Virus record (IMG/VR): IMGVR_UViG_3300037755_000910
Span: 1-33,670 of that record
Length of the DNA: 33,670 bases
Source: a virus
Taxonomy: Duplodnaviria; Caudoviricetes
Reading direction: 5' to 3' (one strand)
Numbering within the stretch: position 1 is the first letter of the stretch; the number at the start of each line of letters is the position of its first letter. The notes under the pieces were generated by a model. That model worked only from the letters and a program-made list of their open reading frames with translations, had not been told where the DNA came from and did not search any database. Positions 24,792 to 33,670 of the stretch are shown piece by piece. Position numbers and translations under genes: made by a program.

Positions 24792-25028
24792 ATGGGTCGG
24801 GAAATTCAGGTATTTAGTGGCGTGTCGTGGTTGCACGACCGTCTTGTGAAAGACATCAATGAGCGCATCAGGTTTCTTGAGGAGTCCTTAGGTAAGGGCG
24901 TGCCTATCCACGAGTACGGGAATTTCGTGGGGCGCATCAAGGAACTCAAGCGCACGCGGGACGGTCTGTTACCCGAGGCGTTCAAGGACCTATCCGGATC
25001 CGATGATGACGACGAGGAGGAGGCGTAA
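24792..25028 (+). CDS. Hypothetical protein (78 aa)
   Basis: L..G....EY...VG.I..L pattern; overlaps the groES start. Confidence 0.7.
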   Translation: MGREIQVFSGVSWLHDRLVKDINERIRFLEESLGKGVPIHEYGNFVGRIKELKRTRDGLLPEAFKDLSGSDDDDEEEA

Positions 25029-25390
25029 TGTCGGACGTAATACCGGTAGCCATAGGCTGGAAAGTAGTCGTTCGACCACTAGACGGCAAAACCACGTCCA
25101 AGGGCGGGGTCGACATCAGTGCCACTGTGGACGCTCAGGAGCACCTGAACTACATCGGTGAGGTCGTCGCCATCGGCGAGGCCGCGTTCAAGTCGCGCAC
25201 GCAGGGCGGACTGGATATGAGTGCGTGGCAGGCGGTTCCACAGATCGGGGATTACGTGCTGTACCCGCCGTACGCCGGCATGAAGATATCGCGAGCTGGT
25301 GAGCGGAAGCCACTGCGCCTTATGAACGATACAGACATCGTTGCCCTGATTGGAAATCCAGACGATTATTACTCATGGGTTGACGCTTAG
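25028..25390 (+). CDS. groES: GroES/Cpn10-like co-chaperonin
   Basis: GWKVVVRP...TSKGGV...GEVVAIG...GDYVLY..YAG...LMND.DI. Confidence 0.85.
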   Translation: MSDVIPVAIGWKVVVRPLDGKTTSKGGVDISATVDAQEHLNYIGEVVAIGEAAFKSRTQGGLDMSAWQAVPQIGDYVLYPPYAGMKISRAGERKPLRLMNDTDIVALIGNPDDYYSWVDA

Positions 25391-25500
25391 GTCGATGCCG
25401 GAATGGCCCACAAGAGGTTGCAAAGATACCTCTAAGTGGTTGACAATAAGAACTGCCCAGACCTTGGGCGAGCACGGCTCCTAAAGAAGCCGGAGGAAAA

Positions 25501-26532
25501 ATGGGAAAGTACCAAGTCGATTCAGATTTCGATGATCTGCACGACGACGGCGAAGACGAGGAGTTGGATCAGTCCAACCCTATCATCAAGGCGGCCTTCC
25601 AGGACGATGAGGACTGGGAATCCCGCGAAAAAGATGATACAGACGAAGACGACTCTGAGGACGACGCCGACGACGAAGAAGAAACCGAGGAAGAAGAAGA
25701 GGACCAAGAATCCGATTCCGACAAATCCGAGGAAGACGACCAAGACACTGAGGACGATGATGATTCCTCCTACAGTAAAAAGGTCCAGCAGAGAATCGAT
25801 CGCGAACGCAACCTCCGTCTGAAGACAGAGAGGGACGCGAACCGGAGAATCCAGAAACTGGAGAACCGGGAAAAGCTCAGAGACGCCAAGGACGACTTCC
25901 GCACTAAGCAGTCGGAAGCCGAACAGGCACTCAAGGGCCTACGCAAGAAAAAGCATGCCGCGAAAGAAGTTGGTGACTCGGACGAAGAAATCGAGATCGA
26001 TGAAAAGATCCTCGACATCAAGTCCGACCTAAGGGTGTCAGAGTCCGAATTCAAGAAATTGGAAAAGGACCTCACAGCCGAACCAGCAGACGAAGACGAC
26101 GACACCAGCGGATTGCCGGAACCGGCCCGTAAGTGGCTTGACAAGTATCCCCAGTTTTACACCAACAACAAGTTTGGCCGGGCTGTTCGCCTCGCCGACC
26201 AGATGGTGAATCTCCGGGGCCTGGACAAGAACACAGACGGGTATTACGCAGAGATCGAAAAGATCCTCGCGCCACAGTTCCCGGAGATCGTAAAGCCGGC
26301 CAAGCAGTCCACGAAGGGCGACAAACGAAAGGAGTCGGCCCGGAAGGAACTCAAGAGACGGCGAGGCGCGGTGGGGGGTACCACGAAGGCAGGAACCCGG
26401 AGGCCAGAGGGCAAGACCCGAAAAGGCCAGAAGCGGATTACCGCCGGAGACAAGGCAATGATGCTGAACTTCGGACTGGATCCAGCGAACCCGGACCACT
26501 GCAAAGAGTGGGCCCTGAACAGGACCGACTGA
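25501..26532 (+). CDS. Putative capsid scaffolding protein
   Basis: Very acidic N-terminus, YSKKVQQRI coiled coil, W...YP.F, YY.EI; upstream of capsid genes. Confidence 0.7.
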   Translation: MGKYQVDSDFDDLHDDGEDEELDQSNPIIKAAFQDDEDWESREKDDTDEDDSEDDADDEEETEEEEEDQESDSDKSEEDDQDTEDDDDSSYSKKVQQRIDRERNLRLKTERDANRRIQKLENREKLRDAKDDFRTKQSEAEQALKGLRKKKHAAKEVGDSDEEIEIDEKILDIKSDLRVSESEFKKLEKDLTAEPADEDDDTSGLPEPARKWLDKYPQFYTNNKFGRAVRLADQMVNLRGLDKNTDGYYAEIEKILAPQFPEIVKPAKQSTKGDKRKESARKELKRRRGAVGGTTKAGTRRPEGKTRKGQKRITAGDKAMMLNFGLDPANPDHCKEWALNRTD

Positions 26533-26542
26533 GGCTTATCCC

Positions 26543-27145
26543 ATGGCAACCACGAAAGCACAAAGAAGGCTGCACGGAAAGGCAGCCGCAGCCCGCCGAG
26601 CAAGTAACACTCTGGCGGACGGACAGAGGCAGGAAGATCCACACCAGGTCGACCACCTCCAAGACAGCCGAGAGACGGAACAGGACGTTCTGGCCTCTTA
26701 CGGGGTCAACCGCGAGGCCGACAGTGAGCCTTGGGTAAGACCCAATCAGCTTTACGCTCCTGAGCCACGACCGGGTTATACCCAGCGGTGGGTCAGGATC
26801 AGGCTCGGTAACACGGAAGACGTGAACAACTCGAGCAGGAAATTCCGAGAGGGCTGGTTGCCCCGGAGACCTGACACGGTCCCCAAGGGCGATTTACCAC
26901 CGACCTCCTCTCATCCCCGGTTGGGGGACATTATCGGTGTCGAGGATCTGATTCTCTGCGAAATGCCAGTGAACAAGGCAAAGCAGCGGAATGCGTTCTA
27001 CCGCGCACGTATTGACCGGATGGTCGAGGGTATCGAGAACGATATCAACACCGTCTCGAAACACGGGCCGCGGATAGACAAGGTCCAGAGCACGAAAGTA
27101 TCGAAACGTCGACGCCGGATACCGGACGACCCAACCGAAGACTAA
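26543..27145 (+). CDS. Conserved head-module protein
   Basis: W..P..L.APEP.PG..QRWVR...NNS.RK.REGW, LILCEMP. Confidence 0.7.
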   Translation: MATTKAQRRLHGKAAAARRASNTLADGQRQEDPHQVDHLQDSRETEQDVLASYGVNREADSEPWVRPNQLYAPEPRPGYTQRWVRIRLGNTEDVNNSSRKFREGWLPRRPDTVPKGDLPPTSSHPRLGDIIGVEDLILCEMPVNKAKQRNAFYRARIDRMVEGIENDINTVSKHGPRIDKVQSTKVSKRRRRIPDDPTED

Positions 27146-27155
27146 CCCCGCCACT

Positions 27156-27175
27156 GGGGCCGGTCTATCGGCCCC
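27156..27175 (+). other. GC-rich hairpin (weak terminator or mRNA stabiliser)
   Basis: GGGGCCG-gtctat-CGGCCCC in the intergenic gap; poor U tract. Confidence 0.45.
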
Positions 27176-27223
27176 GTCTTCCACCTCCTGCGTTGGCACT
27201 TAACCAACATATGAGGTGGAAGC

Positions 27224-27805
27224 ATGGCTTTCAGTCAGAACCCAAACGGTCCGCGAGGACTCGATGTATTCCGCGCAAATCGCGGTACGCCCGGCCGCCT
27301 GGCTGAGTACAGGATCCTCGGCACGTACGCTACCAAGATCTACAGCGGCAACCCGGTAGAGCTGAACACTGACGGTACGATTATCGTTCCCGCCAGCGTT
27401 GACTCCAAGATCCTCGGCGTCTTCCAGGGCGTCCAGTACATCGACGTAGCTGGCGAGACCCAGTTCAAGCCCTTCTGGCCGGCCCCTGGTGCGGTCAAGG
27501 CGAACACCGTTGTACGAGCGTACGTTACCGAAGCGGCCGGAGAGCTGTTCCTGATCAAGTCCGACGAGGACCTGGTTCAGGCAGACGTCGGCGAGTACTT
27601 CACCATGACGTCTATGACCACGGGCAGCGATGCTACGGGTCGAGCGAACACGTCTCTGGACGGCTCTACCAACGGCACGGCCGTTGCCGACAAAGTCCTG
27701 AAGCTGCGCGAGATCGCACAGTTCGACGGCACCTCACAGCTTGCGGTAGTTCAGTTCATCCGAACCGAGAACAACGAAGCACAGATGTTCCCGGCAACGA
27801 GCTAA
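27224..27805 (+). CDS. Putative capsid decoration/minor head protein
   Basis: P.GL, IYSG.PV, LGVFQGV.Y.D pattern, directly before the MCP. Confidence 0.65.
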   Translation: MAFSQNPNGPRGLDVFRANRGTPGRLAEYRILGTYATKIYSGNPVELNTDGTIIVPASVDSKILGVFQGVQYIDVAGETQFKPFWPAPGAVKANTVVRAYVTEAAGELFLIKSDEDLVQADVGEYFTMTSMTTGSDATGRANTSLDGSTNGTAVADKVLKLREIAQFDGTSQLAVVQFIRTENNEAQMFPATS

Positions 27806-27838
27806 CGGCTGACACTGGATTCTAGGAGTTAAAACAAC

Positions 27839-28753
27839 ATGGCAATGAACCGAGCACAATTCCGCAAGCAGCTGCAGGATGGCCTCAGCACCGTCTTCGG
27901 GCTGACCTACAAGCGGCACAAGGAACAGTGGAAGTCGATCTTCAAGGTCGAGACCTCCATCAAGGCGTTCGAGGAAGACGTACTCATCGTCGGCCTGGGC
28001 GCGGCCCCCGTGAAGAACGAGGGCGGTACCGTCGCGTACGACGAGGGCGCGGAGTCGTGGGTTGCTCGATACAACCACGAAACCATCGCTCTGGCTTTCG
28101 CGATCACCGAGGAAGCTGAGGAAGATGGCCTGTACGGGTCTATCGGAGCCAAGTATGCAAAGTGCCTTGCGCGGTCCCTGCAGCACACCAAGGAAGTGAA
28201 GGGTTCAAACATCCTGAACAACGGATTCAGTTCCAGCTTCGTCGGCGGAGACGATGTCGCCCTGTTCGCCACCAACCACCCACTGTGGGGCGGCGGCACC
28301 CAGAGCAACAAGCTGGCAACTCCGGCTGACCTGTCCGAGGCATCCCTCGAGGAAGCCTTCATCCAGATTGGCGACTGGGTTGATGACCGCGGTATTCCGG
28401 TCGACATCTCAGCCAAGAAGCTGATCATCCCGACCGACCTGCAGTTCACCGCAGAGCGCCTGCTGGCCAGCACCTCCCGCCCGGGAACGGCTGACAACGA
28501 CGTGAACGCCATCAAGAGCACTGGTGCCCTTCCTGGCGGATACGAGACCAACCGTCGACTGACCGACCCCGACGCGTGGTTCATCATCACGGACTGCGAA
28601 GACGGCCTGAAGCACATGGTGCGAAAGAAGGTTACCCGCAAGATTGAGGGTGACTTTGAGACGGGTAATGCGCGCTTCCGCGCGAGGGAGCGTTACAGTT
28701 TCGGATGGTCTGATTACAAGGGTTCCTTTGGATCAGAAGGGGCCGCAACGTAA
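27839..28753 (+). CDS. Major capsid protein
   Basis: MAMNRAQFRKQL..GL..VFG, S.KAFEE, ARY.HETIALAF.ITEEA.ED, TADND.NA, LTDPDAWF, DFETGN.RF.ARERYSFGWSD. Confidence 0.92.
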   Translation: MAMNRAQFRKQLQDGLSTVFGLTYKRHKEQWKSIFKVETSIKAFEEDVLIVGLGAAPVKNEGGTVAYDEGAESWVARYNHETIALAFAITEEAEEDGLYGSIGAKYAKCLARSLQHTKEVKGSNILNNGFSSSFVGGDDVALFATNHPLWGGGTQSNKLATPADLSEASLEEAFIQIGDWVDDRGIPVDISAKKLIIPTDLQFTAERLLASTSRPGTADNDVNAIKSTGALPGGYETNRRLTDPDAWFIITDCEDGLKHMVRKKVTRKIEGDFETGNARFRARERYSFGWSDYKGSFGSEGAAT

Positions 28754-28850
28754 CCCTGACTTTAAGTCGATGACGGTTTGTTCTGCTATCGGTTGAAGTC
28801 CCTGTAAATCCTTGGTACGCTCCTTGGTGAATCATCGCCAAGGAGCAACC

Positions 28851-29720
28851 ATGAAACCCGAATGCTTGGTCGAAGGATGCAAGACGACGTCCCACTCACG
28901 GGGCTTCTGTAACCACCACTACTACAAGTGGAAGACTTACGGGACGCCTCTCGGGAAGTCGAAGAAGAAGCCGGCGCGGAAGTGCGAAGTCGCCGGATGC
29001 GACAGGCCCCACTACGGTAAGGGGTGGTGTAGCAAGCACTACAAGCAGGTCAAGGAACTGGGTTACGACGAGCCGGTTCCGGACACCAAGTTGTGTAAGG
29101 AATGCAACAAGCCATTCGAACGAGCGTATGTGAGCGCCGTATTTTGTTCGAATGCGTGTCGCATGAGGGACGCCAGAAAACACGGGTGTTACACGGACGA
29201 TGAGGTTATACGGCGTAGAGGACTGTGTTCGCACGATGGATGCGAAAATGGGGTTCATGCCCACGGTTATTGTCGGAAACACGCGTCCCGGTTATGGCGC
29301 CACGGAGATCCGACTGGCGGCCTTCCAGAGGAGGCGCCAATTTGCAGCCGGGAAGGCTGTGACAAGGCCGGAGGAAGAAAGTCAGGTCTGTGCCCGACCC
29401 ATAATGCTAACGCGTATTACTACGCCAACCATGACAGGGAAAAGTCCAGACATAACGAACGACGGAGTCGCGTAAGGAAGGCTACACCGCCATGGGTAGA
29501 CAAGAGAGAGATGCTTCAAATCTATCTCGACTGCCCGACCGGATACGAGGTGGACCATATGCACCCGATCCGTGGAAAAGGGTTTTGCGGGCTGCATGTT
29601 CCTTGGAATCTGCAGTACTTGCCCGAGGCAGTGAACCGCAAAAAGAGTAACAGGCTCCATCGCAGGTATTTTCATCCGGCGCTTGGGGCACAACAGGTAG
29701 TCTGGTCAGGTAAAAGCTGA
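28851..29720 (+). CDS. Free-standing HNH homing endonuclease with repeated zinc fingers
   Basis: Four C...GC......G.C..H repeats; ATPPW, EVDH.HP.RG...CGLHVPWNLQ.L...N..KSN. Confidence 0.88.
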   Translation: MKPECLVEGCKTTSHSRGFCNHHYYKWKTYGTPLGKSKKKPARKCEVAGCDRPHYGKGWCSKHYKQVKELGYDEPVPDTKLCKECNKPFERAYVSAVFCSNACRMRDARKHGCYTDDEVIRRRGLCSHDGCENGVHAHGYCRKHASRLWRHGDPTGGLPEEAPICSREGCDKAGGRKSGLCPTHNANAYYYANHDREKSRHNERRSRVRKATPPWVDKREMLQIYLDCPTGYEVDHMHPIRGKGFCGLHVPWNLQYLPEAVNRKKSNRLHRRYFHPALGAQQVVWSGKS

Positions 29721-29743
29721 CCGTCCAATAGAGGATTGACGAA

Positions 29744-30442
29744 ATGCCAACAGGCAAAGGCCAACGCCACACCATCTCCCACGCGGAGTTCCTTTTCTTT
29801 GGAACCGCGCAGTACAACGCAGCCAACAACTCGAAGCGCGGCGTTCCGTTCAGCCCGCTTCTGAAGGTCTCTCTCGGCACGCCAGACGTAGCCGATGTCG
29901 ACCTTGTTCTGGACGGGGAGACCCTGACGGCCGCAACCGATGCGCTGGCTACCGACGTCACTCTGGACGTACCGCGCAACCTGCAGATTGTAGGTGAGGC
30001 CGGCGACGACGAGGATGTTGTTATCACCGGGCTTGACGAATACGGAGAGACCGTTGTAGAGACCTTTACCCTTAACGGTTCCACGCCTGTTGTCGGTCTG
30101 AAAGCCTTCAAGGTTGTGCAGAGCGTCATTGCGGACGCCACGGTTGCGGGTGGTGTAGACGTTGGAACCGGAAGCGCTCTGGGCCTACCGTACCGCGTAG
30201 ACGCCGGTGGCCTTCTGATGGCATACGAGGACAGCGCTCTCGACCTTACGACCAGCGCGGTTCTGGGAACCTTCCTGCCAGCTGACGATACTGACCCAGC
30301 AACGGCCGTCACTGGTGATGTGCGCGGCACCTACGATCCGAACGGTACGCTGGACGGTACCGCTGAGTTCACCGTCCTGATTCAGATCGCTGACGTAACC
30401 TCAAAGATCGGAGCCTACGGCGTCGCGCAGTTCTCTGGCTGA
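29744..30442 (+). CDS. Virion structural protein
   Basis: DVPRNL, ITG.D.YG....E, G.KAFK.V, GLP.R, A.TGDVRGTY.P; late-operon position. Confidence 0.7.
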   Translation: MPTGKGQRHTISHAEFLFFGTAQYNAANNSKRGVPFSPLLKVSLGTPDVADVDLVLDGETLTAATDALATDVTLDVPRNLQIVGEAGDDEDVVITGLDEYGETVVETFTLNGSTPVVGLKAFKVVQSVIADATVAGGVDVGTGSALGLPYRVDAGGLLMAYEDSALDLTTSAVLGTFLPADDTDPATAVTGDVRGTYDPNGTLDGTAEFTVLIQIADVTSKIGAYGVAQFSG

Positions 30443-30451
30443 GTATAAGCC

Positions 30452-31099
30452 ATGACTGTCAACACCATCATTCTTCCGGGGGTGACCGCTGACGACGACG
30501 GTATCGTAACCGCTGTTACGCCTGCCGCTGGCGGGGAGCAGTCCCTGACGATTGCCGGCCAGCCGCCGCAGCCGATTGTCATCGACATCACAAGCGATGG
30601 CGCCGATTCAGGGCGGACGTTCACCGTGGTTGGAACCGACCGGTTCGACAACGTCATCTCGGAGGAGGTGACCGGTCCTGCCACCGCGACCGTACAGACC
30701 ACCAAGCAGTTCAAGACTGTCACCAGCATTACCGTGGACGACGACACTGCCGGCGAAATCACTGTCGGCTTCGCAGCCGTGGTCTACAGCGCGTGGTTCC
30801 CTCTGAACACCTATCCTGAATCGATGGAGGTTACGATTGCCATTACGGTTGAGGGCACGGTGAACTTCGACCTCGAGTACACCTTCGAGAACCTTCAACA
30901 GCAGCGCGACGACAAGTTCACCGACAAGCCATACGGCGACTTCGAGATGACAGTCGACACCTTCACAGATGAGGATATCGACGGAGACACCGGAAGCATT
31001 GCGAAGGTACTGACGTTCCGCGCGACCGCCATCCGGCTCTTGCTGAACTCGGGCACTGGAACACTCACGGCGAGGGTTATTCAGGCCTGGAATCGGTAA
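30452..31099 (+). CDS. Virion structural protein (paralogous TV.GTD.....SE module)
   Basis: DSGRTFTVVGTD...ISE..TGP...T.K.FKTVTSI. Confidence 0.7.
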   Translation: MTVNTIILPGVTADDDGIVTAVTPAAGGEQSLTIAGQPPQPIVIDITSDGADSGRTFTVVGTDRFDNVISEEVTGPATATVQTTKQFKTVTSITVDDDTAGEITVGFAAVVYSAWFPLNTYPESMEVTIAITVEGTVNFDLEYTFENLQQQRDDKFTDKPYGDFEMTVDTFTDEDIDGDTGSIAKVLTFRATAIRLLLNSGTGTLTARVIQAWNR

Positions 31100-31110
31100 G
31101 GGGGTCGTAA

Positions 31111-31842
31111 ATGACCGCCTCGGGTACCTACACGTTCAACCCGGAACTGGCTGAACACATTGACGAAGCATTTGAGCGGTGCGGAATCGATCCGGCAGAT
31201 CTGACTTCGCGTCACCTCCGGTCCGCTATACGCTCCTCAAACCTCGTGCTGTCCGACTGGCAGAACTTCGGCTACAAGCAGTTCACGCTCGCGTTCCTGT
31301 CACATACCCTGATAGCGAACGATGCCACCTTCCTCCTGCCAGTGGGCGGCGTGGATATCTTCCACGCTACGCTGAAGCGTGACAGTCGCGAAACCGAGAT
31401 GTATTCCATCTCCCGGTCCGATTACAACGCGCTCCATGACAAGACATCCCCTGGACGGCCAGACAGGTATTTTGTTGACCGGTCAACCTTCATTGGAGAC
31501 GCCCCGGCCTCGACCGTGCATCTTTGGCACGTTCCAGACACCGGCTCCGATACCATGGAGATCTGGTACATCCTGTCCCACCAGAATGCCGGCAACATGC
31601 AGAACACGCTCGGGATATCTCCGGGGTATCAGGAGGCGTTCGCTTGTGGGCTCGCGTTTCACCTGTCAAGGAAGTACGCGCCTGACCGGCGTGCGGCTCT
31701 GCGGGAAGACTATCTCGGCGCCAACTACAACGAGTTCTCACACAGCGTCCCTGGCGGCGCCATGGGGCGAGCCCTGACCGAAGACCGAGACCGGTCACCT
31801 GCGGTCTTCAGGGTGGAGTACGGACGTCGAGGCAGGCGCTAA
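31111..31842 (+). CDS. Head-tail adaptor-like protein
   Basis: SGTY.FN......I.EAFERCG, ISRSDY..L..K...GRP..Y, WHVPD, EA...GLA..LS.K..P.R. Confidence 0.7.
   Translation: MTASGTYTFNPELAEHIDEAFERCGIDPADLTSRHLRSAIRSSNLVLSDWQNFGYKQFTLAFLSHTLIANDATFLLPVGGVDIFHATLKRDSRETEMYSISRSDYNALHDKTSPGRPDRYFVDRSTFIGDAPASTVHLWHVPDTGSDTMEIWYILSHQNAGNMQNTLGISPGYQEAFACGLAFHLSRKYAPDRRAALREDYLGANYNEFSHSVPGGAMGRALTEDRDRSPAVFRVEYGRRGRR
31474..31487. repeat. Palindrome GTTGACCGGTCAAC, copy 4
   Basis: Exact 14-mer within a CDS (VDRST). Confidence 0.95.
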
Positions 31843-32240
31843 TGTCCGCCAGGTACGCGATAGGAAAGCGCGCATGGGGTCACTGTCAGCGGTGCGGATT
31901 CAGGTACAAACTGAGGGAGCTGCGGTACGACGGTCAGCAGCCCCACCTTCAGGTATGCGATGACTGTTGGGACCCGAAACACCCCCAGGAGTACCTGCCC
32001 GATGTGTTCGATCCTGTTACACTTCTTGCTCCTACAGGTGACACCGAAAAGTCTGTAGCGAACCTGCAGGTCATCGATTACCCGCCGTTCCTTGGGTCCG
32101 ATACGGTGCTGATGCCGATCCAGATTGGGATTGGTCTCAGATCGTCGGTTGCCCAGTTGGTGGGGGTGGAGTTTGTGCCGGCCCCAGAAGTTGGCCTGGT
32201 GACCACTATGAGTCTGCTTGGCCTGCCCGGTGTCCCTTAA
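31842..32240 (+). CDS. Zinc-binding virion-module protein
   Basis: YA.GK.A.G.CQRCGFRYKL.EL...VCDDCWDPKHPQ. Confidence 0.75.
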   Translation: MSARYAIGKRAWGHCQRCGFRYKLRELRYDGQQPHLQVCDDCWDPKHPQEYLPDVFDPVTLLAPTGDTEKSVANLQVIDYPPFLGSDTVLMPIQIGIGLRSSVAQLVGVEFVPAPEVGLVTTMSLLGLPGVP

Positions 32241-32285
32241 CAGAGCTTGCGCAGATGATTGCGACAGGTGACGGGTTTTGCGTAG

Positions 32286-32768
32286 ATGATTACGACAGGC
32301 GTTGGCAAAAAATTCAGAGAGGAACTGCCGCTCGGCATCCATACCCTGTCCGAGGGCACGCCAGACGTGGTCAAGGCCGCTCTGTACGGCCCTCTCGCTG
32401 AGATTGGCCCAGACACCGACGCGTACACCTCCGTAGGAGAGATCGCCGCTGTGGGTGGCTATACGGCCGGTGGAGTGGCGGTTCCATTGACTGTGGTCGG
32501 CGCAAGTGGCTCGTCCCGTGCCGGCGGCACGCAGTTCGACGAGTTCCCTTACGCTCAGCCAACCAATGATCTCGAGGTGACTCTGTCTCCCGCGGTAGGG
32601 GTACGCGGCATCATGCTGTACAACTCGTCTCAGAACAACAGGAACATATTTACACTGGACTTCGGACGGGTCATAACCCCGGTGAGTGACGTGTCTATTC
32701 CGTGGGCCGTGGCCGACGTGGTCGCCATTACCGATGTGCTTATCCCACTTCTAGACAGGGCGCTGTAA
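32286..32768 (+). CDS. Virion structural protein
   Basis: F..EL..G.H, KAALY, T.AY....E....GYTAGG, RG..LYN.S, LDFG. Confidence 0.7.
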   Translation: MITTGVGKKFREELPLGIHTLSEGTPDVVKAALYGPLAEIGPDTDAYTSVGEIAAVGGYTAGGVAVPLTVVGASGSSRAGGTQFDEFPYAQPTNDLEVTLSPAVGVRGIMLYNSSQNNRNIFTLDFGRVITPVSDVSIPWAVADVVAITDVLIPLLDRAL

Positions 32769-33424
32769 TGGAGTACACCTACACCACATTGAGGTCAGCA
32801 ATTCTTGCTTTTGCAGACGATCCTGGATCCGAATTTTCGGCACAGGTTGACGACTTTATCAGCAAGGGCGAAACCAGATGCGTCAGAGACCTTGACCTGG
32901 AAAACAGTGAGCAGTGGGTAGAGCTTACGGTGAGCGAAAGCAACCGATCCGTGCCAAAGCCAACGGACGCCATCCACGTAAACTCGGTATTCATCAGAGA
33001 CCCAGCCGATATTGAGTGGATCGAGCTTCCGCGGCGATCGTTCGAGTACCTGATCGTGTACGCGCCAACGGAAGCCACTGAGTCTCAACCCGTGTATTTT
33101 GCAGAGCAAGACGAGGAAAATATTTACCTGGCTCCTACTCCGGATCAGGCATACGAAAGCGGTAACGCAAAATGCCGAGCGACCATCAGGCCAGAGGGCC
33201 TGTCCGGCGCGAACGGAGAATCGTTCCTCGGAAATCACTACGGTGACCTGCTGTTCAACGCGTCCATGATCGAGGCCAAGGAGTTCCAGAAGAGTGAGCC
33301 AGGCGCACGCTGGTACGCCGCAAAGTACGAGAGCCTGCTACCGAGTACATCTAAGGAAATCGAGGATGCGCGGCGCAAGAGATACAAGAATCTGAATACC
33401 GGCAAGCAGGGAGCGGACGACTGA
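32768..33424 (+). CDS. Adaptor/head-completion-like protein
   Basis: TYTTL..AI, FI...E.R..RDL, P.YFA, LAPTPD..Y, DLL..AS..EA. Confidence 0.7.
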   Translation: MEYTYTTLRSAILAFADDPGSEFSAQVDDFISKGETRCVRDLDLENSEQWVELTVSESNRSVPKPTDAIHVNSVFIRDPADIEWIELPRRSFEYLIVYAPTEATESQPVYFAEQDEENIYLAPTPDQAYESGNAKCRATIRPEGLSGANGESFLGNHYGDLLFNASMIEAKEFQKSEPGARWYAAKYESLLPSTSKEIEDARRKRYKNLNTGKQGADD

Positions 33425-33670
33425 TGCCAAGTACGTTTTCAGATCTTCTGCGCTTGGAACTTCAGGCTGATGGTGAGAACGAGACCACGTGGGGCCAGAG
33501 GCTCAACGAGGTACTTGACAAGCTCGAAACCGCCATTGCTGGACGCAAGTCCATAGTATTATCGTCAAGCGACGTGACCCTGACCGTCAACGACGGTGGT
33601 GACGGTGACGACGAGCAGGCCGCGGCTATGATCCTCGACCTGTCCGGTACCGTGACTGCGGCTGTCGACG
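33424..33670 (+). CDS. Tail/virion protein, 3'-truncated by the window edge
   Basis: MPSTFSDLLRLELQADGENETTWGQRLN...LE.AIAG; TGATG overlap. Confidence 0.7.
   Translation, partial: MPSTFSDLLRLELQADGENETTWGQRLNEVLDKLETAIAGRKSIVLSSSDVTLTVNDGGDGDDEQAAAMILDLSGTVTAAVD

Noticed and set aside
28754-29743. Group I intron around the HNH gene
   Set aside because: The MCP ends with a complete C-terminus and stop, the next gene has its own SD and start, and the flanks are too short for an intron core
1-33670. tRNA/rRNA genes, reverse transcriptase/DGR, integrase, alternative genetic code
   Set aside because: None recognised by eye; genes read normally in code 11 with TAA, TAG and TGA all used as stops

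Overview
A 33.7-kb fragment of a GC-rich tailed dsDNA phage (Caudoviricetes, probably podovirus-like), with no host genes visible. Left to right: (1) terminase small subunit and a nucleotide-metabolism cassette (metallophosphoesterase, dATP/dGTP diphosphohydrolase domain, FmdB zinc ribbon, DUF4406); (2) a leftward cluster of small early-type genes (3645-7250) with four sigma70-like promoters, whose intergenic spacers hold a complete type II hammerhead ribozyme (5554-5614, minus strand), two copies of a ~50-nt hairpin and copies of an operator-like motif; (3) a ~0.8-kb non-coding region with a triple dyad and dense CATG repeats (candidate genome terminus/pac/ori); (4) endonuclease VII-like and SLOG genes; (5) a translationally coupled operon containing three signal-peptide-bearing, acidic, Cys-containing proteins (glycoside hydrolase, lectin-like, Ig-like and PASTA domains), which is odd for a phage; (6) an Ntn-protease-like gene and the terminase large subunit with an atypical class 3-like intein in its Walker A motif; (7) portal, GroES, scaffold, decoration, major capsid, an HNH endonuclease and adaptor/tail genes. 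A perfect 14-bp palindrome (GTTGACCGGTCAAC) occurs four times across the window. Family assignments come from recognising motifs by eye, not from database searches.
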